Source: Acidimicrobiaceae bacterium (GTDB lineage Bacteria > Actinomycetota > Acidimicrobiia > Acidimicrobiales > RAAP-2). Taken from it: a DNA stretch of 64,000 nt. Position 1 is the first letter of the stretch, and every line of letters starts with the position of its first letter. Location: NCBI GenBank assembly GCA_025463285.1, contig JAOBWI010000003.1, positions 2,720-66,719 of the forward strand. The letters run 5' to 3'. Made by a program: the position numbers and the translations under genes. Below are positions 38,474-47,438 of the stretch, in pieces. Below the pieces are notes generated by a model that worked only from the letters and a program-made list of their open reading frames with translations, was not told where the DNA came from and did not search any database.

Positions 38474-40819
38474 GTGATTTCGACGAGGGACCGAGTCTTC
38501 GCCTTCTATCGTCGGCTCCCTCCCTACACCGGGCCGCTACTTCTTATCCTTCTCGCGGTACTGGCGGGCAACGCCATGTACGTCCTGCGTCTGGCCAGCA
38601 ATGACCCCATCTCCTGGACGGCGGGGATCTCTCACAAGCTCTGTCGCATTACCTGTGGCCGCCCGGCCATCGACCCGAATCTCGGTTTTATTACCCAGGC
38701 TCTCGGCCACCTGGCGGCGATGGACCTGCTGCACGGCCATCTCCCGTGGTGGAACTCGTTCGAAGGTCTCGGACAGCCCTTGGTGGGCGAGATGCAGTCG
38801 GCGGCGCTTTTCCCACTGACGCTGTGGTTCGCTCTGCCGTCGGGTCTCGTATGGTTTCACATCTCGCTGGAGTTCATCGCCGGCGTCTCGACGTACTTTC
38901 TGGCTCGACGACTGACTCTGCCGGTCTTTTTTGCCACGTTCGCGGGCATTCTCTTCGCCCTCAACGGCACCTACGCCTGGCTCGGCAACGCCGTCTTAAA
39001 TCCCGTCGCCTTCTTGCCCATGCTCGTGCTCGGCATCGAGATGATCCTCGATTCGGGGACCAGCGCCTCCAAACGGGGTTGGTATATCGCGGCCATCGCC
39101 CTGGCTCTGTCGATGTACGCCGGCTTCCCCGAGGTGGCGTACTTTGACGGACTCTTCGCCCTCGCCTGGGCCATCGTTCGGCTCTTCTCGCTCCCGCGCG
39201 CCCAACGCCCCCGCGTCCTGCGGCGGCTGGGCCTGGGTGGCGTCATCGGCGTCGTGTTGTCCTTGCCGGTGCTCATTCCTTTTGAGGACTTTTTGAAGGT
39301 CGCCTTTATCGGAAGTCACACCGCGGCCCTGGACGGGGTCATTCGCTTGCCGAATGAGTCCGTCGCGGGACTCTTCGACCCCTACGTCTTTGGAACGATC
39401 TTCTCCAATATGAACGTGCAGTCGTTCTGGGGGGAGGTCGGCGGCTACTTCGGCGCCGGGGTCTGCGTGCTGGCCCTGGTTGGTATCGTTGGTCCTCGCC
39501 TGCGAACGTTGCGGATTTTTCTCGCGGCCTGGACCCTCGCCGGACTGGCGGGAGCCCTCGACGTTCTGCACTCGCGGGTGGTGTGGAATCTCATCCCGCT
39601 GGTGAACACGTCCTCGTTTCCTCGCTACATCATGCCCAGTTGCGAGATCTGCGTCGTGATCCTGGCCGCGTTCGGCCTGGCCGACTTCACGACCAGCACG
39701 CGATCGAAACGCCTCTTCACGACCGCGTCGATAGCGATGGGCCTGGTCTTGCTCTGGTGCGTGGAAGAGGCCCGGTCCTATAACAAGGGCGTCGTCCTCA
39801 CTCATCGAGCCGACATCATCTTGATTGGTCTGGTGTGCCTGCCCTGGATCGCCGTCGGACTGCTGCTCGTCCTCGGGCGATTCTCCAAATACCGCGCGAC
39901 GACGTTTCTCATAGCACTGGTCGTCGTGGGCGAAAGCCTCCTGTACTTCTTCGTCCCCACCGCCGAGTCGCCCAAGCGCATCACCGTCGACTACGCCCCC
40001 ATCCACTTCTCGCAGAGCAACGTGCATCAAGAGCGCTACTTGGACTTCGCGGTGCTCTATCCCAACTGGGGCAGCTACTACGACCTCAACTCCCTCGGCT
40101 CCATCGACCTGCCCTATCCCCAGAAAATGAAGAACCTCATCGAAGACCAGCTCTACCCCGGCCTCAATCCCGGTAACCAGTTCGTCGTCAAGGGGGGCAT
40201 GGTCGGCGTCGAAGCCCTCGAGGCGCAAGTCGTCAAGCACTTCAAGGCCTACGAGGACGCCTCCGTGAAGTATCTTCTGATTCCCAGTTCGGTCATTATC
40301 AATCCCAAGTTGACCGCGCTCGGCGTCACCCCGGTCTTCAAAGACTCGCTGGCCAGCATCTATCAGATGCCCCACACGCGAGCGTTCTTCACCGCATCGT
40401 CGTCGTCGTGCAGCGTCACCAGCACCAACGTGAACGTCGCCACCGTGAACTGTCCGAGCGGTGGAGCGACCCTGCTGCGCACCGAACTCTCGATGAAGGG
40501 CTGGACGGCGAGCGTCAACGGGAAGTCGGTCAAGATCACCACCGTCAATGGCGTGTACCAAAAGATCAGCCTGCCCGAGGGCACGTCCACCGTCGAGTAC
40601 CGCTTCTTTCCTCCTCACGAGCGCTTCGCCATCCTCTTCGGCCTCCTGGGCGCGCTCTTTCTCATCGGCTCGTTCCTCGACGAACGATGGCGCTTCTTTC
40701 CTTCGCGACGACGCCCGCGCACGCGGTACGTTCCGGCGCGAGACGCCGCGGGGTCGAGTACCTTGACTGACGAAGGAGCAGGCGCGACGGAGAGCCCGGG
40801 CGTGCCTAACACCACGTGA
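38474..40819 (+). CDS. YfhO-like polytopic membrane protein (putative GT-C-type glycosyltransferase)
   Basis: 781 aa with at least 12 TMS and a C-terminal soluble domain followed by a terminal TM. HGHLPWWNSFEGLGQPLVGEMQSAALFPL resembles the YfhO N-terminal motif, which I recall from memory. Confidence 0.65.
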   Translation: MISTRDRVFAFYRRLPPYTGPLLLILLAVLAGNAMYVLRLASNDPISWTAGISHKLCRITCGRPAIDPNLGFITQALGHLAAMDLLHGHLPWWNSFEGLGQPLVGEMQSAALFPLTLWFALPSGLVWFHISLEFIAGVSTYFLARRLTLPVFFATFAGILFALNGTYAWLGNAVLNPVAFLPMLVLGIEMILDSGTSASKRGWYIAAIALALSMYAGFPEVAYFDGLFALAWAIVRLFSLPRAQRPRVLRRLGLGGVIGVVLSLPVLIPFEDFLKVAFIGSHTAALDGVIRLPNESVAGLFDPYVFGTIFSNMNVQSFWGEVGGYFGAGVCVLALVGIVGPRLRTLRIFLAAWTLAGLAGALDVLHSRVVWNLIPLVNTSSFPRYIMPSCEICVVILAAFGLADFTTSTRSKRLFTTASIAMGLVLLWCVEEARSYNKGVVLTHRADIILIGLVCLPWIAVGLLLVLGRFSKYRATTFLIALVVVGESLLYFFVPTAESPKRITVDYAPIHFSQSNVHQERYLDFAVLYPNWGSYYDLNSLGSIDLPYPQKMKNLIEDQLYPGLNPGNQFVVKGGMVGVEALEAQVVKHFKAYEDASVKYLLIPSSVIINPKLTALGVTPVFKDSLASIYQMPHTRAFFTASSSSCSVTSTNVNVATVNCPSGGATLLRTELSMKGWTASVNGKSVKITTVNGVYQKISLPEGTSTVEYRFFPPHERFAILFGLLGALFLIGSFLDERWRFFPSRRRPRTRYVPARDAAGSSTLTDEGAGATESPGVPNTT

Positions 40820-41595
40820 GCGCCCTCGACGACATCGACCTGACGAAGTCCCTCACCAAGGAAGAGTCCGACCAGCGGGTCATCCGAGCGCAGCACCGTC
40901 TCACCCAGCTTCGCCTCTTCACCGCCGGCCTTCTCGAGCCGCACGTGGTGGGGCCCGGACTTATCGTGGTCTTCGAGGGTTTCGACGCGGCCGGCAAAGG
41001 CGGGGCCATTCGTCGTCTCACCGCCAGCATCGATCCGCGCCACGTGCGAGTGAAGCCCATTGGAGCTCCCACCGACGAAGAGCTCCGTCACTTCTTCCTG
41101 TGGCGCTTCCAAAGCGTCATCCCCGGTCGCGGCGAGATGACGGTCTTTGACCGGTCCTGGTACGGACGACTCCTGGTCGAGCGCGTCGAGAAACTCATCG
41201 ACCACGACACCGTCGAACTCTCGGCTCAAGAGATCGTGGAGTTCGAACGTATGCTCACCGACGACCAAACCACCCTCGTCAAGTTCTGGCTCCACATCTC
41301 AGAAAAAGAGCAGCTGAAGCGCTTTAAAGATCGTGAAAGCGATCCCCTCAAGCGATGGAAACTCACGCCCGACGACTGGCGAAATCGCGAAAAACGGCCG
41401 GCCTACGAGAAGGCGCTCGAGTACATGATCGACACCACCAACGAGAAGCACGCCCCCTGGAATCTGATTCCCGCCGAGAGCAAGTACTACGCCCGGGTGG
41501 CCGTCCTCGAGACGCTGATCGAGCGCTGGGAGCACGACCTCAAGCGTCACGGTCACGAGGTGCCGCCCGCGCGCAAGGGCAACTACCTCCAGTGA
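40816..41595 (+). CDS. ppk2: polyphosphate kinase 2 (PPK2) family protein
   Basis: P-loop context VVFEGFDAAGKGGAIRRL and single-domain size (259 aa). The GTG start overlaps the upstream stop (GTGA at 40816-40819). Confidence 0.9.
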   Translation: MSALDDIDLTKSLTKEESDQRVIRAQHRLTQLRLFTAGLLEPHVVGPGLIVVFEGFDAAGKGGAIRRLTASIDPRHVRVKPIGAPTDEELRHFFLWRFQSVIPGRGEMTVFDRSWYGRLLVERVEKLIDHDTVELSAQEIVEFERMLTDDQTTLVKFWLHISEKEQLKRFKDRESDPLKRWKLTPDDWRNREKRPAYEKALEYMIDTTNEKHAPWNLIPAESKYYARVAVLETLIERWEHDLKRHGHEVPPARKGNYLQ

Positions 41596-42551
41596 GCCCC
41601 AGCCCGCGCTACGGCATCACCATCCCTTTCGACGGGGTCACTCTGCTCGAACACCGCGACTGGTTCCGCCGCCTGGCCGACCTTGGCTACAGCGACGTCT
41701 GGTCGGCCGAGATCGACGGGGCCGACGGCTTCACCCCGCTGATCGTCGCCGCCCTGAGCGAGACGCGTCTTCACCTCGGCGTCGCGGTGACGCCGGTGTT
41801 CACGCGTGGTCCGGGACTACTGGCCATGAGCATCGCCGCCGTGGCCGAAGTGGCGGGCGGGCGCTTCACCATGGGACTGGGCGCCTCGAGCCAGCCGATC
41901 GTCGAACAGTGGAACGGCATCCCCTACGACCACCCCTACGCCAGAACGCGCGACACGCTGCGTTTCGTGAAGCGCGCGCTCGACGGCGAGAAGATCGACG
42001 AGGTCTTTGAGACCTTCGAGGTCCACGGATTCAAACTGGCGCGTCCCGTCGTTGAACGGCCGCCCATCCTCTTGGGGGCGCTGCGACCGGGCATGCTGCG
42101 TTTGGCCGGACGAGAAGCGGACGGCGCGATTCTTAACTGGCTGTCCGCGGAGGACGTGGCCCAGTGTCGCGCCGAGGTCGGCGAGGGCAAGACCATCGCC
42201 GCGCGCCTGTTCGTTATTCCGACCGAGGACGTCGACGCCGCCCGCGTCATCGCTCGGCGCATGATCTCGTCCTACCTAACCGTGCCCACCTACGCGGAGT
42301 TTCACCGCTGGCTCGGTCGCGGCGACGCCCTCCAGCCGATGTGGGACGCTTGGGCCGCGGGTGATCGCAAACGAGCCAACCAGGTGATACCCGACTCGGT
42401 GGTCGACGAGTTGGTGATCCACGGCTCCTATCAAGCGTGCCGCGAACACGTTCAGCGCTACCTCGACGCCGGCGTCGATACGCCCACCATTGCCATCGTC
42501 CCCTCCGGCGTCGATCTCCTCGACGCCGTCGAAGGACTCGCGCCGAGCTAG
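41592..42551 (+). CDS. LLM-class F420-dependent oxidoreductase
   Basis: I prefer the GTG at 41592 (GTGA overlap with the ppk2 stop); the ORF-track start at 41355 lies inside ppk2. Typical LLM blocks (GLGASSQPIVEQW). Confidence 0.85.
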   Translation: MSPSPRYGITIPFDGVTLLEHRDWFRRLADLGYSDVWSAEIDGADGFTPLIVAALSETRLHLGVAVTPVFTRGPGLLAMSIAAVAEVAGGRFTMGLGASSQPIVEQWNGIPYDHPYARTRDTLRFVKRALDGEKIDEVFETFEVHGFKLARPVVERPPILLGALRPGMLRLAGREADGAILNWLSAEDVAQCRAEVGEGKTIAARLFVIPTEDVDAARVIARRMISSYLTVPTYAEFHRWLGRGDALQPMWDAWAAGDRKRANQVIPDSVVDELVIHGSYQACREHVQRYLDAGVDTPTIAIVPSGVDLLDAVEGLAPS

Positions 42552-43852
42552 ACGGCCTCGGCCTCTAAGAACTCGAGCACCTCGGCGAACTTCTTACGGG
42601 CCGCGACGGTGCGGGTGGGAATGTGATCACTTGGAACTTCGTGCGCTTCGTAGTTCTTGAGCGCGTGACGAGCCACCGTCTGGCGGTGTACTTCGTCGGG
42701 CCCGTCGTAGATTCGCGCCGCCCGCGCGGCGCGGTACATCGACTCTAGGGGCATGTCGGTGGAGTAGCCGAGCGAACCGTACGTCTGAAGGGCGCGATCG
42801 ATCACGTTGTGAAGAACGCTGGCGCCGTAGTACTTGATCATGGCGATCTCGTCGCGTGAGGCCGAGGCCCCGACCTGGTCCATCTTCCACGCCGCGTGCA
42901 TGGTCATCAGACGGGCCGCATGCATCTCGGCCTTGGAGTCGGCGATCCAGTTCTGCACCGTCTGCTTCTCCGACAGGAGTGATCCGTGTGCGTAGCGACT
43001 GAGGGCGCGCTCGCACATCATGTCAAAGGCCCGCTGGGACTGCCCAAGCCAGCGCATGCAGTGATGGATGCGCCCGGGTCCGAGTCGGGTCTGGGCCAGC
43101 AAGAACCCCGAACCTTCCGGGCCGACCAGGTGATCACTCGGAACCCTGACGTCCTCGTAGAGGATCTCCGCGTGGTTGTTGAACTGCCCGTAGGTCACGT
43201 TGGCGTGATCCATAGAGCCGAGGTCGCGCAGAATCGTCACGCCGGGGGTGTCGGCGGGCACCACGAACATTGACGAGCCCTGGTAGGGATGAACCTCGGG
43301 GTTAGTCACGGCCATGACGATCAGAATCTGCGCGACCGAACCATTGGTCGTGTACCACTTGTGTCCGTTGATCACCCACTCCTCGCCGTCTTTCACGGCG
43401 CGGGCCTTTAATAGACGCGGATCGCTGCCGGCCGTGTCCGGCTCGGTCATCGAAAAGGCCGAGTGGATCTCGCCACTCAGCAGAGGATTCAGCCACCGTT
43501 CGCGAATGTCCTGGCGACCGGTCATCTCCATTCCCGCCGCCAGAAGTTCGGCGTTCCCGCTGTCGGGAGCGTTGTTGCCAAAGACGATGGGGCCGTACTC
43601 GCTCTGACCCAGAATCTCGTGCATGAGACCGAGCTTCACCTGGCCAAAACCCATGCCACCGAGTTCGGGGGGTAGGTGGGCCGCCCAGAGGCCCCTGGAT
43701 TTCACTTGGTCCTGGAGGGGCTTGATGAGGGTGAGCATCTGACCGTGTTCGAGACCGAGCGTCTCGATGGGCATAATCTCCTCGCGAACAAAGCCCCGCA
43801 TCCACGTCAGTTGCTCTTCATAGGCGTCGTCAGTTGAAAAATCCCAGGCCAT
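42548..43852 (-). CDS. acyl-CoA dehydrogenase
   Basis: I prefer the ATG at 43852 (MAWDFSTDD...). Full-length ACAD blocks (FSMTEPDTAGSD, YDGPDEVH). Confidence 0.9.
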   Translation of the reverse strand: MAWDFSTDDAYEEQLTWMRGFVREEIMPIETLGLEHGQMLTLIKPLQDQVKSRGLWAAHLPPELGGMGFGQVKLGLMHEILGQSEYGPIVFGNNAPDSGNAELLAAGMEMTGRQDIRERWLNPLLSGEIHSAFSMTEPDTAGSDPRLLKARAVKDGEEWVINGHKWYTTNGSVAQILIVMAVTNPEVHPYQGSSMFVVPADTPGVTILRDLGSMDHANVTYGQFNNHAEILYEDVRVPSDHLVGPEGSGFLLAQTRLGPGRIHHCMRWLGQSQRAFDMMCERALSRYAHGSLLSEKQTVQNWIADSKAEMHAARLMTMHAAWKMDQVGASASRDEIAMIKYYGASVLHNVIDRALQTYGSLGYSTDMPLESMYRAARAARIYDGPDEVHRQTVARHALKNYEAHEVPSDHIPTRTVAARKKFAEVLEFLEAEAV

Positions 43853-43947
43853 GGCCCACCTTTCTGTTGCGATAACTCTACGACATGTGAAATCGCTCTT
43901 CGCCGGAGCGAACTCGGGCTCCGTACACTGGATGGGGATCGGAGATC

Positions 43948-44457
43948 GTGACAAATAAGAAAAAACATTCAAAGACCCCGGTGAAGATCGGGGTGGTGGA
44001 CACCATGTTCGCCCGCTACGACATGGGAGCGGCGGCGCGCGCCGAACTGGCCGAGTGCCCCGGCTTTAACAAGAAGTTCGAGGTGATCTCCCAGACGGTG
44101 CCGGGTTTCAAGGACCTGGCCGTCGCGGCCAAGAACATGATCGAAAAAGACGGCGCCTCGATCGTCATCGCCCTCGGGATGCCCGGACCCGAGCCGATCG
44201 ACAAGCAGTGCGCCCACGAAGCGTCCCAGGGCATCATGCAGGCGCAACTCATGACCTCGACGCCGATTCTCGAAGTTTTCGTTCACGAAGACGAGTCCGA
44301 GGACCCCATGATCCTGGCGTCGGTCTTCTTGAACCGTTCACGCAGCCACGCTCGTAACGCCTATTGGATGATCTTTGAACCGAACCAACTCGCCAATCGC
44401 GCGGGCCAGGGAGTGCGTCAGGGCTTCCCCCACGCGGGACCGATCGAAGACGCCTAG
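43948..44457 (+). CDS. ribC: archaeal-type riboflavin synthase homologue (lumazine-synthase fold)
   Basis: By eye it is collinear end to end with the Methanocaldococcus-type enzyme as I remember it: IGVVDTMFARYDM, TVPGFKDL, ALGMPGP, CAHEASQGIMQAQLMT, ILEVFVHEDE, AGQGVRQGFPHAGP. GGAG lies 5 nt before the GTG at 43948. Confidence 0.75.
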   Translation: MTNKKKHSKTPVKIGVVDTMFARYDMGAAARAELAECPGFNKKFEVISQTVPGFKDLAVAAKNMIEKDGASIVIALGMPGPEPIDKQCAHEASQGIMQAQLMTSTPILEVFVHEDESEDPMILASVFLNRSRSHARNAYWMIFEPNQLANRAGQGVRQGFPHAGPIEDA

Positions 44458-44523
44458 TCCGGGAGGGATTTAGGAGTCACTATGATCGCCTCCGTTACAT
44501 TGAAGTAACTCAAGGAGGAATCC

Positions 44524-45732
44524 ATGCCCGAAGCCGTCATCGTCGCTACCGCACGCACCCCCATCGGGCGAGCCTTCAAGGGGTCCCTGGTCGACATGCG
44601 CCCCGACGACCTGACCGCGCTCATCGTCACCGCTTTGCTCGACAAGGTGCCCGAGCTCGATCGCCACAGCGTGGAAGACCTCATCGTCGGTTGCGGACAG
44701 CCGGCCGGCGAGTCGGGCTTTAACATCGCGCGCGTGGTGGCGGTCTTGGCCGGCCTGGACGACGTCCCCGGCGTCACCGTGAACCGGTACTGCTCCTCTT
44801 CCCTTATGACCATTCGCATGGCCGCCCACGCGATTCGTGCCGGCGAGGGAGACATATTTATCTCCGCCGGCGTAGAGACGGTGTCGCGCTTCGCCCACGG
44901 CGCCGCCGACATGGGCACGGCGGAAAACGCGCGCTTTGGCGCCGCCGTGGAGCGTACGAAAGAGCGCTCGGAGAAGGTGACCGATCCCTGGTCCCCCCAG
45001 CCCGGACTGCCCGACGTCTACATCGCTATGGGACAGACGGCCGAGAACGTGGCCGAGTTCGAGCACGTCACGCGACTCGAGATGGACGAGTTCGCCCTGC
45101 GCTCACAGGAGTTGGCCGTGGCCCACCAGGAGAACGGCTTCTTCGAGCGCGAAATCACGCCCGTCACCCTGCCCGACGGAACGGTCATGGTCAAAGACGA
45201 CGGTCCGCGCGCGGGAACCACTTTGGAGAAGCTCTCTAGTCTCCAGCCCGTGTTTCGCCAAGGTGGCACCGTGACGGCCGGTAACGCCTGTCCTTTGAAT
45301 GACGGGGCGGCTGGGGTGATCGTCATGAGCGACACCAGGGCCAAGGAACTAGGAATCAAGCCCTTGGCCCGCATCGTGGCGAGCGGGGTCAGCGGGCTGA
45401 ACCCCGAGATCATGGGACTCGGCCCGATCGAGGCGTCGCGTCAAGCCCTCCGGCGAGCGAAGATGACCATGGACGAGATTGACCTCGTGGAGATCAATGA
45501 GGCCTTCGCGGCGCAGGTCCTGCCCAGCGCCAAGCACCTGGAAGTTCCTATGAACAAGTTGAACATTCGCGGGGGGGCCATCGCCCTCGGTCACCCCTTC
45601 GGCATGACGGGCGCTCGCATCATGACGACACTGCTCAACTCGCTCGAAGACGCCGACAAGCGTTTCGGCTTGGAAACGATGTGCGTGGGCGGCGGCCAAG
45701 GCATGGCCATGATCGTCGAGCGACTGGCTTAG
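44524..45732 (+). CDS. acetyl-CoA C-acyltransferase (thiolase)
   Basis: Nucleophile context NRYCSSSLMTI and C-terminal CVGGGQGMA. AAGGAGG Shine-Dalgarno. Confidence 0.95.
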   Translation: MPEAVIVATARTPIGRAFKGSLVDMRPDDLTALIVTALLDKVPELDRHSVEDLIVGCGQPAGESGFNIARVVAVLAGLDDVPGVTVNRYCSSSLMTIRMAAHAIRAGEGDIFISAGVETVSRFAHGAADMGTAENARFGAAVERTKERSEKVTDPWSPQPGLPDVYIAMGQTAENVAEFEHVTRLEMDEFALRSQELAVAHQENGFFEREITPVTLPDGTVMVKDDGPRAGTTLEKLSSLQPVFRQGGTVTAGNACPLNDGAAGVIVMSDTRAKELGIKPLARIVASGVSGLNPEIMGLGPIEASRQALRRAKMTMDEIDLVEINEAFAAQVLPSAKHLEVPMNKLNIRGGAIALGHPFGMTGARIMTTLLNSLEDADKRFGLETMCVGGGQGMAMIVERLA

Positions 45733-45795
45733 GCCTAGCGAAGAACTCGCGCGCAGCATCAGCCCCGCTCGTAACAGCCGCCAGCGGCGAGGAAA

Positions 45796-46026
45796 CTAGT
45801 CGGCCGGTCCCGTGTAACGGGCCTGCGCGTCGTCGTGAAACGAACGTTCCTCCTCAGCGCTCACCGAGCGAGATTCGTCGGGCAACAGAACGGGAATGGA
45901 GTCGCGCACTTGGTAGGCGACGCGCAGACGCGGGTTGTACAGCACGTCTTTCGACGGTACGTAGAGCAACGCGCCGTGATCAACCGGATCCTCTAAGAGG
46001 TCAAGCAAAAAACTAGTGAGCGCCAT
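45796..46026 (-). CDS. Trm112-family small protein
   Basis: I prefer the ATG at 46026, which shares 1 nt with the manB stop (TAATG). AYQVRDSIPVLLPDESR matches the Trm112/UPF0434 core. Confidence 0.7.
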   Translation of the reverse strand: MALTSFLLDLLEDPVDHGALLYVPSKDVLYNPRLRVAYQVRDSIPVLLPDESRSVSAEEERSFHDDAQARYTGPAD

Positions 46027-47438
46027 TACGAAGACTCCTTTAGCAGGGCCAGTATCTCTTCCACGTGAACCGCCAGCTCCTGGTCGTCTCGGGCCTCCAC
46101 GTTGAGCCGTAGCAGCGGCTCGGTGTTCGAGGCTCGAAGATTGAACCACCACTCCCCGTAGTCGCCGGTGAGGCCGTCCAGGAGATCAACGTTCACCCCG
46201 TCAGCCTCCAGTCGTTCGTGGACACGAGCGACCGTCGCCGCGGGGTTCTCGACTTCCGTATTGATTTCCCCCGACGACGCGTAGCGAATGAACGGCTTCG
46301 CTAACTCCGACAGAGGCTCCTCGGAGGTACTCATGAGCTCCAACACGAGAAAGGCCGTGATGATGCCCGAGTCGGCGCGGAAGTTATCGCGGTAGTAGTA
46401 GTGCCCCGAGTGTTCCCCGCCGAAGATCGCTCCCGACTCGGCCATGACCTGCTTGATGTAGCTGTGTCCCACTCGGGTGCGTAGCGCCACGCCGCCCTCT
46501 TCGGCGATGACGTCGGGCACGGACTTAGAGCAGATGAGATTGTGGAGCACCGTGGCGCCGGGGTGGCGCCCCAGCATCACTTTGGCCACCATGGCCGTCG
46601 TGGTGGAACCGCTCAGTGGTTGGGCCTTTTCGTCGATGACAAAGACGCGGTCCGCGTCGCCGTCGAAGGCCAGGCCGATATCGGCGTGCGTTTCTAAGAC
46701 GCGGCGTTGCAAGTCTTTGATGTTCTCCGGGTTCAAGGGATCGGCCGGATGATTCGGAAAGCTCCCGTCCAGTTCGCCAAAGAGAATCTCTACGTCAAAG
46801 GGCAGTCCGGCGAAGACCAGCGGCGCCACGAAACCGCCCATGCCGTTGGCGGTGTCGGCCACGATGCTGAGCGGTCGAAAGGTCGACACGTCAACGAAAG
46901 AGTGGACGTGAGCCACCCACTCTGGACTCACGTCGAGCTCGCGATACGGCGCCAACTCACCCGTCGCCGGATGGTCGTAGAACTGAGCGGTCCGCTCTTC
47001 GATCTCCACCAGACCAGACTCCACGCCGATGGGCTTCGCTCCGGCTAAGCAGAGCTTGATCCCGTTGTACTGAGCCGGGTTGTGCGAGGCCGTGAACATG
47101 GTGCCGGGCAGGTTGAGGTGCCCGGAGGCGAAGTACAAAAAGTCGGTCGAGGCGAGGCCCAGATCGATGACCTCGACTCCCACCGCGCGCGCCCCCTGGG
47201 CGAAGGCCTCACTGAGGGTCACGCCGGAGGATCGCATGTCGCGGGCCATGACGAGGCTGGGCGAGTCGGCAAACGTGGCGAAGGCCGAACCAATGGCCAT
47301 CGCCACGCGCTCGTCGATCTGATCGGGGTACGTCCCTCGTACGTCGTAGGCCTTAAAGATCGCCGCGGTGTCCACGAATGAGAAGCCTACCGGCGAGCCA
47401 TTCGGCGCCGTCTGAGTACCAAGAATACGCTGACGCAC
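46026..47438 (-). CDS. manB: phosphomannomutase/phosphoglucomutase
   Basis: FKAYDVRG and the phosphoserine loop TASHNPAQYNG. The start is uncertain: GTG at 47438 overlaps the upstream gene by 52 nt, and an alternative GTG lies at 47375. Confidence 0.9.
   Translation of the reverse strand: MRQRILGTQTAPNGSPVGFSFVDTAAIFKAYDVRGTYPDQIDERVAMAIGSAFATFADSPSLVMARDMRSSGVTLSEAFAQGARAVGVEVIDLGLASTDFLYFASGHLNLPGTMFTASHNPAQYNGIKLCLAGAKPIGVESGLVEIEERTAQFYDHPATGELAPYRELDVSPEWVAHVHSFVDVSTFRPLSIVADTANGMGGFVAPLVFAGLPFDVEILFGELDGSFPNHPADPLNPENIKDLQRRVLETHADIGLAFDGDADRVFVIDEKAQPLSGSTTTAMVAKVMLGRHPGATVLHNLICSKSVPDVIAEEGGVALRTRVGHSYIKQVMAESGAIFGGEHSGHYYYRDNFRADSGIITAFLVLELMSTSEEPLSELAKPFIRYASSGEINTEVENPAATVARVHERLEADGVNVDLLDGLTGDYGEWWFNLRASNTEPLLRLNVEARDDQELAVHVEEILALLKESS

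Noticed and set aside
38996-40618. 540-aa minus-strand ORF antisense to the YfhO-like gene
   Set aside because: Shadow ORF with extreme Arg/Gly/Asp/Glu composition. The sense strand encodes a coherent polytopic membrane protein.
43853-43947. FMN riboswitch upstream of the riboflavin-synthase-like gene
   Set aside because: Only 95 nt are available. There is a superficial GTGAAATC...GCCGG resemblance, but the multi-stem FMN aptamer core is absent.
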